From: Bdellovibrionales bacterium
Lineage (GTDB): Bacteria > Bdellovibrionota > UBA1018 > CAIMNF01
Length of the DNA: 38,380 bases
Reading direction: 5' to 3'
Assembly (NCBI GenBank): GCA_040380025.1
Contig: JBEIJY010000028.1
Span: 1-38,380, forward strand
Shown: piece by piece, positions 27,034-35,885 of the stretch
Position numbering within the stretch: position 1 is the first letter of the stretch
Layout of the letters: each line of letters opens with the position of its first letter
Program-made: the position numbers and the translations under genes
Notes under the pieces: generated by a model
Database searches by the model: none
Told to the model about the DNA's origin: nothing
Seen by the model: only the letters and a program-made list of their open reading frames with translations

Positions 27034-27867
27034 TCAGCCGAGAAGCTTCAAGACCTGTTGCGGATTCTGGTTCGCCTGCCCGAGAACCGAGATTCCCGCT
27101 TGGGCGAGAATGTTGTTCTTGGTGAGCTCGGAGGTCTCGGCGGCCATGTCCGCATCGCGGATCCGGGAGCGCGCGGCTTCCAAGTTCTCGCGATAAGTGC
27201 CGATGTTATTGATCGTCGACTGCAGGCGGTTCTGGAGCGCACCGAGCGCCGAGCGGTTTTCGTTCAAGCGCGTGAGTGCGGAGTCGAGTTTTTCGAGGTT
27301 GTTCTGCGAGGCTTCTTTCGAAGCAGTCGAGATTTCACCGATTCCCAACGCACCCACCGAGACATTCTGCTCCTGGGCATCGAAGGTGAGCCGGTCCTGG
27401 GAGGGGTTGTTGTTCAACCCGACCTGGATGTCGAACTGCTTTCCGGAGCCGTTCAAAAGTTTGTTTCCGTTGAATTCCGTGGTCGAGGAGATCCGGTCGA
27501 TCTCTGCGCGAAGCTGCTGGACTTCTTTGTCGATGAAGCTTCTTTCCTTGTTGCCGATCGTGTCCGAGGCGCCTTGGATCGAAAGTTCGCGCATCCGGAC
27601 GAGGATGTTCGCAATTTCATTGGTTCCGCCTTCGGCAACCTGGATCATCGAGATCCCGTCCTGGGCGTTCCGTCCCGCTTGCGAGAGGGAGCGGGTCGAG
27701 GCGCGGATTCGCTCGGAAATGGCGAGCCCCGCAGCATCATCGCCGGCGCGATTGATTCGATTGCCCGAAGACAATCGTTCCAAAGAGGATTCTTGTGCCC
27801 TTCGATTCGCATCCAGATTCCGGTGGGCAACCAGTGCCTGGAGGTTAGTATTGATACGCAAACCCAT
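27034..27867 (-). CDS. fliC: Flagellin (277 aa, D0/D1 only)
   Basis: [59 protein letters not shown]. Confidence 0.97.
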   Translation of the reverse strand: MGLRINTNLQALVAHRNLDANRRAQESSLERLSSGNRINRAGDDAAGLAISERIRASTRSLSQAGRNAQDGISMIQVAEGGTNEIANILVRMRELSIQGASDTIGNKERSFIDKEVQQLRAEIDRISSTTEFNGNKLLNGSGKQFDIQVGLNNNPSQDRLTFDAQEQNVSVGALGIGEISTASKEASQNNLEKLDSALTRLNENRSALGALQNRLQSTINNIGTYRENLEAARSRIRDADMAAETSELTKNNILAQAGISVLGQANQNPQQVLKLLG

Positions 27868-27909
27868 GGTTATTCTCCTTTTTCATCATAGGTAATCTTC
27901 CATGAGTTG

Positions 27910-27927
27910 ATCGTGATCCTTCACGAT
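27910..27927 (-). promoter_or_regulatory. Putative CsrA-binding hairpin in the fliC 5' UTR
   Basis: Perfect 7-bp stem ATCGTGA/TCACGAT with AGGA loop; further GGA motifs in the leader including the RBS. Confidence 0.6.
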
Positions 27928-27960
27928 ATCAAGCAGTCCAAGAATCGCCTGACATTCCTC

Positions 27961-27987
27961 TCTTCGACGGGGAAGTTTTTTCCTTGA
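27961..27987 (-). promoter_or_regulatory. Sigma28-like promoter of fliC (TCAA-N15-GTCGAAGA)
   Basis: Correct spacing for FliA, about 95 nt upstream of the flagellin ATG. Confidence 0.6.
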
Positions 27988-28127
27988 GAAAAAAATGTAT
28001 GAAATCCAATACTTATGCCTGATTAAAAGAATCAACATTTGTTGCGTGTTTGGGCAAGCGTTCGAAATGCTTGAGAAAGTTCGCATCTTGGTTGCGATTT
28101 TTTCGCGATTCGAGTACAAACCCCTGC

Positions 28128-28382
28128 ATGACTCCCGAACAATTGAAGGCCAGAATTGAAACCCTTCACGCCCATACCCGCGTCGAAGTGACGGATCTCA
28201 CCGGAACCCATGATCATTATCAGGTGACGGTAGTGAGCCCCGCATTCGAAGGAAAGCTCATGATCGAGCAACATCAGATGATCATGAAGCTCCTGAAGGC
28301 CGAGATTGATTCGGACGAGGTGCACGCGCTGTCGATGAAAACCTTCACGCCCGCGCAATACGAAAAATTCGGAGGAAAATGA
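28128..28382 (+). CDS. BolA/IbaG family protein
   Basis: VTDLTGTHDHYQVTVVSPAFEGK...QHQ...VHALSMKT; adjacent to grxD. Confidence 0.93.
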   Translation: MTPEQLKARIETLHAHTRVEVTDLTGTHDHYQVTVVSPAFEGKLMIEQHQMIMKLLKAEIDSDEVHALSMKTFTPAQYEKFGGK

Positions 28383-28699
28383 ACATGTCCCATCCCTTGG
28401 TCTCTGAAGTCGAAAAGCTCGTAAAAAGCAATGAAGTGGTGATTTACATGAAAGGCTCGCCCGAGTTCCCGATGTGCGGATTCTCGGCGCGTGCGGTTGC
28501 GGTACTGAAGGCCGCCGGAGTCGGGAGCCTGAAAGGCTTTGACGTTCTCTCGGATGACGACATGTGGACCGCGCTCGAAGAATACACCCAGTGGCCGACC
28601 GTGCCGCAAATTTTCATCAAGGGCAAGTTCATCGGCGGCTGCGACATCGTAAGCGAGATGTTCGAACGCGGCGAGCTTCAAGAAATCCTGAAGTCCTGA
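28379..28699 (+). CDS. grxD: Monothiol glutaredoxin Grx4
   Basis: YMKGSPEFPMCGFS, WPTVPQIF, FIGGCDI; ATGA overlap with bolA (alternative start 28385). Confidence 0.95.
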   Translation: MNMSHPLVSEVEKLVKSNEVVIYMKGSPEFPMCGFSARAVAVLKAAGVGSLKGFDVLSDDDMWTALEEYTQWPTVPQIFIKGKFIGGCDIVSEMFERGELQEILKS

Positions 28700-28720
28700 T
28701 TTAGGGGCTCTTTCGCGGCC

Positions 28721-29713
28721 TTACCAGTGGCTCGGAAGCAAAAGCACCTCGTCGATTTTGCCGGCGTCGAGCAGAAGCATGCAGACGCGGTCGAGACCGA
28801 TCGCGATGCCTGACACGGGCTTCAGGTGGTGAAGAGCCTCTAATAGCTCTTCGTCCATTGGCGATTCCGGATAGGCGTCGCCGTACGATTCGCGCCTGAT
28901 CTTTTGGTCTTTTTCAAAATTCGCACGTTGCTGAGCGGGGTCTCGGAGCTCGTCAAAGGCGTTTCCAAGTTCTATTTGTCCCACGTAGACCTCGAACCGG
29001 TTCGCCCAAGGGTAGCCTTGCTCGTCCAAGACCGGATTGCAGAGCGAGGACTGGCTCAGAGGGTAGTGCGTGACAAAATACGCTTCGTTCTTGGGGAGTT
29101 TCGGCTCGATCTCGTTCAGCCAGAGCTTGAAGTACAGATCATCCCAAGGCTCGCTCGCATCGGCCCGGATCGAGAAGCGCGCGCATGCCTCCGCAAGCGA
29201 CTTTGGGGTTTCATGGGTCCGCAAATCGACTCCCAAATGTTCCAAAAACAAGTCCACCACGCGGAACCGCCGCCACGGGCCCGAAAGAGAGATGATGCGG
29301 CCCTGATGGCGAAACTGCTCGCATTCGTGGATGCTCCTGCACAGGTGCCGGAAGAGCTCTTCCACCCGGTCTTGGAGACCCGAAAGAGGGAGGTGGCTCT
29401 CGTAAAACTCGAGCATCGTGAACTCGGGATGGTGCTCGGGCGAGCGCGGCTCATCGCGAAACGCCGAGCAGATCTGAAAAATCCGGGGAAGCCCCGCCGC
29501 TAGGAGCTTCTTCATGGAGAACTCGGGCGAGGTCGGAAGAAACGTAGGGCTTGCGCCTTCTTTCTTCATCAGTTGGAGTGGCAGAATGTGCGGCTCCATG
29601 CCGGGGCTCCGAACGAGGAGCGGCGTTCGCACTTCGTCGTAATTGTGCCCCCAGAAGAATTCGCGGACGGCTTTCTCGATCAGGATTCTTTGTTTCTTGT
29701 TTTCAATGCTCAT
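28721..29713 (-). CDS. epmA: EF-P lysine aminoacylase EpmA (GenX/PoxA)
   Basis: EVRTP..PGMEPHI, LPTSPEFSMKKLLAAG, FRDE..HHPEFTMLEFY, RFEVY..ELGNAFDEL, SGIAIGLDR; no anticodon-binding domain. Alternative start 29734. Confidence 0.93.
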   Translation of the reverse strand: MSIENKKQRILIEKAVREFFWGHNYDEVRTPLLVRSPGMEPHILPLQLMKKEGASPTFLPTSPEFSMKKLLAAGLPRIFQICSAFRDEPRSPEHHPEFTMLEFYESHLPLSGLQDRVEELFRHLCRSIHECEQFRHQGRIISLSGPWRRFRVVDLFLEHLGVDLRTHETPKSLAEACARFSIRADASEPWDDLYFKLWLNEIEPKLPKNEAYFVTHYPLSQSSLCNPVLDEQGYPWANRFEVYVGQIELGNAFDELRDPAQQRANFEKDQKIRRESYGDAYPESPMDEELLEALHHLKPVSGIAIGLDRVCMLLLDAGKIDEVLLLPSHW

Positions 29714-29780
29714 AGCGGTTTCGGTACGGGGCACGATGACACGCTTTTGACTCGAAGAGAAGATCGCATTACAACCAGGA

Positions 29781-30377
29781 ATGATGAGCTGTCTTCAACA
29801 AGAGCTGACCGCGATTTTTGATCAATCCGGGCACGGGTTTCCCGTGCCGCTTCCGCCGATCGAGCCGCCCAGGGCCGCTGTGATCGCGCTCTTTTCAGGA
29901 GAGCAATTTCACTCCTCTGAGATCCTTCTCATCAAAAGAGCACTCACTGTCGTGACCCATGCCGGGCAAGTGGCGCTTCCGGGCGGCGGCATTGAGGAGC
30001 GTGATCGCGGAGATCTCCATGAGACCGCGCTTCGCGAACTGTTCGAAGAAGTAGGGATTCCCCGCGAGGGGGTTCTGCCGGTCGGGGTCCTTCCGACCCT
30101 TCCCACGGTGAGCGGGGGAATGTTCATCGCTCCCGTGCTCGCGTTTGCCGACTCCATGGTCCGGACTCGGGAGCTTGTGCCTGATCCGAACGAGGTGGCA
30201 CGAACGGAATGGGTTTCGGTTCGGAGTCTTCGCGAAACCCGCGTTCAGGTGAGCCGTGAGTTCCGAGGAGTGAGCGTTTCGTTGCCGGAGTTCCGCTGGG
30301 GAGAGGAACGGATGTGGGGTCTCACCGCTTTGATTTTTGACTTGATCCTGAATCGGTATGATAGGATTACTCCATGA
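29781..30377 (+). CDS. Nudix CoA pyrophosphatase (NudL/PCD1-like)
   Basis: AAV..L, LLIKR, HAGQVALPGG, TALRELFEEVGI Nudix box, MWGLTA. Confidence 0.9.
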   Translation: MMSCLQQELTAIFDQSGHGFPVPLPPIEPPRAAVIALFSGEQFHSSEILLIKRALTVVTHAGQVALPGGGIEERDRGDLHETALRELFEEVGIPREGVLPVGVLPTLPTVSGGMFIAPVLAFADSMVRTRELVPDPNEVARTEWVSVRSLRETRVQVSREFRGVSVSLPEFRWGEERMWGLTALIFDLILNRYDRITP

Positions 30378-30898
30378 TTCTGCATCGTTTGACTCGACAT
30401 CTTGGTTTCTTCTTCATCGCTCTTTTTGCTTCGATCGGAGCGGCTCATGCGGGCGAGCCGTGGAAAGGCAAAACCACCGTTCGTCCCTATGAATTCGGGC
30501 TCATGAGCGGGGTCTCGATTTACGGCAACGATGCCAGCTGGGGGATCCTCCCGAGTGCGGCATATTTGGTTCGCGATCAGGGATTCATTGACGACATCGA
30601 CGATCGTGCGTGGGTGGAGCTTCAGCTCGGGCCGACGTTTTTTACCACGGGTTCCTCGACCCAGGCGGGAATCCAATACAGCGCTCATCTTCGGTGGGAT
30701 TTTACCTACAATGAGCAGTGGACGTTTTACGCCTTGGGAGGCTTGAGCGGCTACGGGCTTCCGGATCAGTATCAAAACTCGTTCACGATCCATCCGCGGT
30801 TCGGAACCGGGGTGCAGTATCAAACCAAGACTCCGCTCATGTTTCGGGGCGAGGTGTCTGCGGAGTTCATCGGCCTCGGAGTGGCCCTTCAGTTTTAG
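30374..30898 (+). CDS. Small outer-membrane beta-barrel protein
   Basis: Signal peptide ending AHA; alternating amphipathic strands rich in aromatic residues; C-terminal Phe (GVALQF). Confidence 0.8.
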   Translation: MILHRLTRHLGFFFIALFASIGAAHAGEPWKGKTTVRPYEFGLMSGVSIYGNDASWGILPSAAYLVRDQGFIDDIDDRAWVELQLGPTFFTTGSSTQAGIQYSAHLRWDFTYNEQWTFYALGGLSGYGLPDQYQNSFTIHPRFGTGVQYQTKTPLMFRGEVSAEFIGLGVALQF

Positions 30899-30903
30899 CG
30901 CGC

Positions 30904-31494
30904 ATGGATCCGGTCCCGCTCATTGTGGATTCAAGGATCGGACCCGCGCCCGAAGGCGTGTCGCTGTCGGCTAGTGCCCGTTGCCATGCGGGTGTTTTAT
31001 CGATTCAATTCGAATTGCGGGCGGGGGGCTCGTTCTTGCGTGGGCTTCTTCCGGCGCCCCGCGACCACGAAGCGCTTCATTCTGAAGCGAACGCAGAGCT
31101 TGCGCTTCGTCAAAATGGTCTTTGGAACGAAACCTGCTTCGAGGCCTTTGTCGAAAAGCCCGGAAGCACCGGTTACTATGAATTCAATGCCTCGGTGAAC
31201 GGGGCCTGGAATCTGTACGAGTTCGATTCGTACCGCTCTGGCATGCGCGAGGTCGCGCTCGGGGAAGAGACTGCTCCGGTTTTTGCGCTTCGCGATCTTT
31301 TTCAAGATCGCTGGATCCTTCGGTGGGACATTCCGGTTATGCTGGTCGCAGGCGTGCCTAAAAGCGCACGCCTCGGGCTTACCGCGGTTTTGAAGTGCGG
31401 TACGGACGTTTCGTACTGGGCGCTCCGGCATCCGGGAGAACGGCCTGATTTTCACCTTAGGGAGGGGTTTTGTCATGATCCAGTTCGGGATTGA
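30904..31494 (+). CDS. DOMON-like domain protein
   Basis: RQNGLWNETCFEAF, YYEFNAS..GAWNLYEFDSYRSGM, LGLTAVL, SYWALRHPGERPDFH. Confidence 0.85.
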   Translation: MDPVPLIVDSRIGPAPEGVSLSASARCHAGVLSIQFELRAGGSFLRGLLPAPRDHEALHSEANAELALRQNGLWNETCFEAFVEKPGSTGYYEFNASVNGAWNLYEFDSYRSGMREVALGEETAPVFALRDLFQDRWILRWDIPVMLVAGVPKSARLGLTAVLKCGTDVSYWALRHPGERPDFHLREGFCHDPVRD

Positions 31495-32680
31495 TCGTTT
31501 GCTTCACGAAAAAGACCTGCGGGCGCCCCTGTTGAACAAGCGCCTCGGGCTCCTGGCTCATCCGGCCTCGGTAACGGCCGATCTCACGCACACGCTCGAC
31601 GCACTTGCGGCGGTTCCGGGGCTTTCCGTGACCTGTGCTTTTGGTCCCCAGCACGGCATGCGGGGAGAAAAACAATACAACATGATCGAGTCGGATGACT
31701 ACACGGACCCGGTGCATGGAATTCCCGTGTTCAGCCTTTACGGCAAGACCAGGCGTCCGACCCCCGAGATGCTCTCGCATTGCGATGGGGTGCTGGTGGA
31801 TCTTCAGGATCTCGGGTGTCGCATTTACACCTATCTTACAACGCTTGTGTACCTGATGGAGGAATGTGCGCGCCTTGGCAAATTCGTATGGGTGCTGGAT
31901 CGCCCGAACCCCGCGGGGCGTGCGCTCGAGGGCAGTATTTTGAAGCCTGGCAATGAGAGCTTTGTCGGTGTCCGGCCGATTCTGATGCGGCACGGGCTCA
32001 CACTCGGGGAATTCGCACGCTTTGCAAACACCGAATATGCGATTCATGCCGAGCTCAAGGTCATCGAGATGACGGGATATGCGATCGATTCGGCCCCGGG
32101 ATACGGCTGGCCCCTCGAGGAGCGCGCCTGGGTGAACCCGAGCCCGAACGCGCCCACGCTCTCGATGGCGCGCTGTTATCCGGGCACAGTGATGCTCGAA
32201 GGAACGACCCTCTCGGAGGGCAGGGGGACCACGCGGCCGCTCGAGGGCTTCGGCGCGCCCGATCTCGACGGTGCGCGGATTCTTCATGAGATGAGGCGCC
32301 TTGCGCCCGAGTGGCTTGAGGGGTGCTTGTTGCGGCCTTTTTATTTCGAACCGACGTTTTACAAGCACAAAGAGACCCTGTGCAGCGGGGTTCAGATCCA
32401 TGTCGATCACGGGCGGTATGATCCCTTGCGGTTCAAGCCGTATCGAATCCAGGCGCTTGCGTTCAAGGCGATCCGGAACCTACACCCCGGCTATGATTTG
32501 TTCCGGGAGTTTCCGTATGAGTATGTGTTCGACCGTCTTGCGATCGATGTGATCACCGGATGCGATTTTTTACGGAAATGGGTCGATGATCGCGCCTCAC
32601 GGCCTTCGGACCTCGAGGAGTTCCTCTCGAAGGACGAGAAGATCTGGAAGGAGAAGATCGCCGATGCGTACTTGTATTGA
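31475..32680 (+). CDS. Exo-beta-N-acetylmuramidase NamZ family (DUF1343)
   Basis: FGPQHGMRG, VFSLYG, DLQDLGCRIYTY, LDRPNP, RHGLTLGE, WVNPSPN, LSEGRGTTRP; GGAGG RBS; no signal peptide. Confidence 0.93.
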   Translation: MIQFGIDRLLHEKDLRAPLLNKRLGLLAHPASVTADLTHTLDALAAVPGLSVTCAFGPQHGMRGEKQYNMIESDDYTDPVHGIPVFSLYGKTRRPTPEMLSHCDGVLVDLQDLGCRIYTYLTTLVYLMEECARLGKFVWVLDRPNPAGRALEGSILKPGNESFVGVRPILMRHGLTLGEFARFANTEYAIHAELKVIEMTGYAIDSAPGYGWPLEERAWVNPSPNAPTLSMARCYPGTVMLEGTTLSEGRGTTRPLEGFGAPDLDGARILHEMRRLAPEWLEGCLLRPFYFEPTFYKHKETLCSGVQIHVDHGRYDPLRFKPYRIQALAFKAIRNLHPGYDLFREFPYEYVFDRLAIDVITGCDFLRKWVDDRASRPSDLEEFLSKDEKIWKEKIADAYLY

Positions 32681-34049
32681 GCGGGGATGGGTTCTTTTTT
32701 TGCTCCTTTTTTCTTCGATTTCGGGGGCAGGGAGGTCGCATGCGGCCGATCTTGAGCCTCTTTTGAAGAGTCTGGTCAAAAAAGGCACGCGTGTTTCGGC
32801 CCACATCGTGAACCTTACGAATGCGCGGGATTTGCTGAAGGTGAATCCCGATGAGCCCCTGAATCCTGCCTCGAGTGTGAAGCTCTTCACCGCATATGCG
32901 GCGCTCGAGCGTCTGGGAATCCAATACCAGTACAAAACAGGGGTATTTTTTTTAAAAGACGGATCGCTTTGTGTGAAGGGCGGGGGGGATCCCTCGTTCG
33001 TGATGGAAGACATGTTTCTGCTCGCGCGCGGACTGCGCCGGAAGGGCCTGGAATCGTATTCGGGCAAAATCGTGCTCGATTCGAGTGTGTTCGACGAAGA
33101 GATGTATCCCGAGGATCGCTCCGATCAGGATTCCGAGCGTGCTTATAATGCTCCGATTGCGGGATTGAACTTCAATTACAATACGATTTCGGTGTTCGTG
33201 AACCCGACCGTGAAAGGCAAGCCCGCGCGGGTGAGCCTTGATTTTCCGTTTCGCTTCGTTCGTCTCGATGGCAAGGTGATGACCGCCGCCGGAACCGATG
33301 TGACCTGGGACAAAAAAGGAAAAGCCGAGCAGGAAATCGTGAACCTGGGCGGAAAAATCGCCGAGGGCGGCGAGGAGTGGCGTAAGCCGTTCCGGATCCG
33401 GAATCCTTCGAATGCGTTCGGAGAGGCGCTTGCGATGTTGCTCTCGGAGAGCGGCATCGAGGCGAAAGGCGCGATGGCACTTCAATCCGGGGCTTGCCCC
33501 TCGGGATCCGAGCCTGATTTCGAGTACGCAAGCAAGCCCCTCGGATTCATCGTGGGTCTCATGAACAAATACTCGAACAACTTCATCGCCGATTCGCTCG
33601 TGAAGATGCTCGATCATGAGGTGAACCGGAGAACCGGAACCGCGGCCGGAGGAATGGCGTTCATCCGGACCGAGCTCGAGAAGATCGGAATCCGGCCCGA
33701 GGAGCGGGGGCGAACGCTCGTTTCAGGTTCTGGACTCACGCGCGACAACCGCATGTCGGCAAGCGACTTCATCCGGCTCTTGAAGGCGATTCACAAGGAC
33801 AAATCGATTCTGCCCGAGTTTTTCTCTTCCCTCCCGGTGGCCGGGCTCGATGGAACCCTGAAGCGCAAGTACAAGGGCTCCGAGGTGGCGCATTTGTTGC
33901 GCGGAAAGACCGGAACCCTGAGTGGAGTGCAGTCGCTCGTGGGCGTGTATCCGAATCGCGAGGGCGAATGGATCGGAGTGGCGATCATCATGAACGGCGG
34001 ATACGGGATCCCCGAAGCCGAGCTTGCGGCGTTCCTCGCGCGACATTGA
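32664..34049 (+). CDS. dacB: D-Ala-D-Ala carboxypeptidase/endopeptidase (PBP4, peptidase S13)
   Basis: Signal peptide; PASSVK (SxxK), GGGDPS, KYSNN (SxN), GSGLTR, GKTGTL (KTG). Confidence 0.93.
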   Translation: MRTCIERGWVLFLLLFSSISGAGRSHAADLEPLLKSLVKKGTRVSAHIVNLTNARDLLKVNPDEPLNPASSVKLFTAYAALERLGIQYQYKTGVFFLKDGSLCVKGGGDPSFVMEDMFLLARGLRRKGLESYSGKIVLDSSVFDEEMYPEDRSDQDSERAYNAPIAGLNFNYNTISVFVNPTVKGKPARVSLDFPFRFVRLDGKVMTAAGTDVTWDKKGKAEQEIVNLGGKIAEGGEEWRKPFRIRNPSNAFGEALAMLLSESGIEAKGAMALQSGACPSGSEPDFEYASKPLGFIVGLMNKYSNNFIADSLVKMLDHEVNRRTGTAAGGMAFIRTELEKIGIRPEERGRTLVSGSGLTRDNRMSASDFIRLLKAIHKDKSILPEFFSSLPVAGLDGTLKRKYKGSEVAHLLRGKTGTLSGVQSLVGVYPNREGEWIGVAIIMNGGYGIPEAELAAFLARH

Positions 34050-34050
34050 T

Positions 34051-35745
34051 TCACGGATAATTCAGCGGTTCAACAAACTGAAGATCGGGCTCGATGCGCT
34101 TGCACATGGACGCCTGAAACGGCCGGTTCAGGCGTTTCCGGGAACGGGCCTCCAGGCGCTCGTCGACCGCATGCGCGTTCAGCACGGTCTGGAACTCGCG
34201 TACGGCTTCTTCCCGGCGCCCCAGCAGGTCCAGGGCACAGCCCCGAAAATAGCGCGCAACGCTCTCGGAATGCGCAGAGAGCTTTGCCTGAAGCGCCAGC
34301 GAGAACGCGCGAAGCCCTTCTTGGGGGTTTCCGTTCATGAGTTCGAAATACCCTCTTTGCATTTGCAGGTGGGGATCGGTCGGAAGAACCTCGCAGGCTT
34401 GGATCAAAAACGCATGGGGAACCGCCGACTCCTCGCCGCGCACCTGCCAGGACACGTAGGCCTGATGGTACAGGTGAAGCGCTTTCAGAAAAGGCTCCGG
34501 AAACCCGAGGCCGGGCTCGAGGATCTCGGTCTCGCGTTCCTGATTCCAGCGATCGAACGAGAAGGGAATTTTAAGGTAGGGCCCGATCCCGGTCGGAGTT
34601 TCCTGACGGATCGAGAGGTACAGGCATTCGTTTTTCGGATCAAACGCCACGCTCTGAATGGCCGTGATCACCGAGACGGTGTTCCCGAAAACGCGGCGCT
34701 CGCCCGTGGAAAGCTCGATGTGGGACCCGAGCACCCGGAGCGCTTGATTCCAAGTGAAGTCGCCCGCAAGGACCTTGGTCGCTTCTTCCATGCTTTCTTT
34801 GCGAAGATCGCAGTCTTCGTAGAAGGCGCCCGAAAAGCGGATTTCGTGTTTCCGGAACTCCGGCGACTGGAACTTGTTCGTATGCGCGATGCCGCACGCA
34901 TGATCGGGCTCGCGGACGAAGATTTTTCCTCCCACGAGTTCGACCGTGACCGAGCGGTTCTCGCGAAAGCTCGTCAGATTGAGCGCCCACGATCCCATCG
35001 GATGAAACCGCCGGCAGATCTCGATCGCCTCGTCGAGCGTCCGGGCGGTTTCGAGGATCTCCTCGCCCAAGAAGAAAATCGGCACGCCTTTTCGCGACAC
35101 GTGTTTCGAAAAATGCGCATGGAGCGAGAACGCGATTCCCGATTCGTTCCAGCCGGTCAGCCCCGAGGTGTGAATGCCGAGGCTCGACACCGAGACGAAC
35201 TTTTGAAGCCCGGGGTCGGTCGGCTCATGAAAAAACACCGTTTGATGCCGCTCCCAGTGCGAAGCGGCCGGGTAGTCGAGGTTTCGAAAAAAATACGTGT
35301 GGCCTTCGTGGAACACCCGAAAGGTCGAGCATCCGGGAAGCCCTTGCAAAAACCGGTTCCGCGCCCGCGGGGTGGACGCGGCGGCGAGGATCATCAGGAG
35401 GTCCGGCTGGTAGAGCGAGAGCCAGAGGCGCTTCAGGGGAATGCGGGAGGCATGGGCGAAGGGTTCGATTCGGGCGCGATACGGCTTCGGGAGGCGAATG
35501 AAGCGCTCGAGCACGAAGGCCTCGTAGAGGCCGCTCACGAGCTTGCCCAGTCCCGGAATCCGCCGGGTCGCCTGGCGGATGAGTGTCTGGTTCTTTTTTG
35601 AAAGGGGCGTGAATGCGAGCTCTTTTTGCTCCTCTCGCGGAAGGCTTGCCACGAGCCGTCCGTGTTGTTCCGCCCGTTCTTTTCGGGTGCCTTTCAGGCG
35701 TACGAGGCGGATTCCTTTGATCAGTTCGATGTCGTTTGGGCTCAT
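34051..35745 (-). CDS. Peptidase C45 / acyl-CoA:6-APA acyltransferase-like Ntn hydrolase with C-terminal TPR region
   Basis: G-CSTF autoprocessing site, RNLDY, TGWNESGI, HTNKF; C-terminal TPR-like helices (ARYFRGCALDLLGRREEA). Confidence 0.85.
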   Translation of the reverse strand: MSPNDIELIKGIRLVRLKGTRKERAEQHGRLVASLPREEQKELAFTPLSKKNQTLIRQATRRIPGLGKLVSGLYEAFVLERFIRLPKPYRARIEPFAHASRIPLKRLWLSLYQPDLLMILAAASTPRARNRFLQGLPGCSTFRVFHEGHTYFFRNLDYPAASHWERHQTVFFHEPTDPGLQKFVSVSSLGIHTSGLTGWNESGIAFSLHAHFSKHVSRKGVPIFFLGEEILETARTLDEAIEICRRFHPMGSWALNLTSFRENRSVTVELVGGKIFVREPDHACGIAHTNKFQSPEFRKHEIRFSGAFYEDCDLRKESMEEATKVLAGDFTWNQALRVLGSHIELSTGERRVFGNTVSVITAIQSVAFDPKNECLYLSIRQETPTGIGPYLKIPFSFDRWNQERETEILEPGLGFPEPFLKALHLYHQAYVSWQVRGEESAVPHAFLIQACEVLPTDPHLQMQRGYFELMNGNPQEGLRAFSLALQAKLSAHSESVARYFRGCALDLLGRREEAVREFQTVLNAHAVDERLEARSRKRLNRPFQASMCKRIEPDLQFVEPLNYP

Positions 35746-35885
35746 GGGGTGAGTATACCCCCGAGCCCCGCCGGTGGGGCAAAAAAGCCCCTTCGGGTGA
35801 ATTGTTTTTGTAAATGAAATCAGTTGTCATGATTTTGGCTTCGTGTCATGGTTTCAATGTCTTTCGTTGAACAGAGAGGAAGCCC

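Noticed and set aside
32664..34049. DacB as a predatory prey-rounding endopeptidase
   Set aside because: Appears to retain the domain III region and has no adjacent ankyrin immunity gene; more like housekeeping PBP4.
1256..35601. Long antisense/shadow ORFs (e.g. 1256-2665, 8719-10629, 10876-12609, 17922-19112, 27022-27891, 34024-35601)
   Set aside because: They lie opposite well-supported genes, lack motifs, and are expected from high-GC codon bias.
35825..35854. Direct repeat TGTCATGATTT/TGTCATGGTTT upstream of the HExxH gene as a Pho box
   Set aside because: Repeat period is 19 nt rather than the 11 nt of PhoB/OmpR boxes; could be another operator but unsupported.
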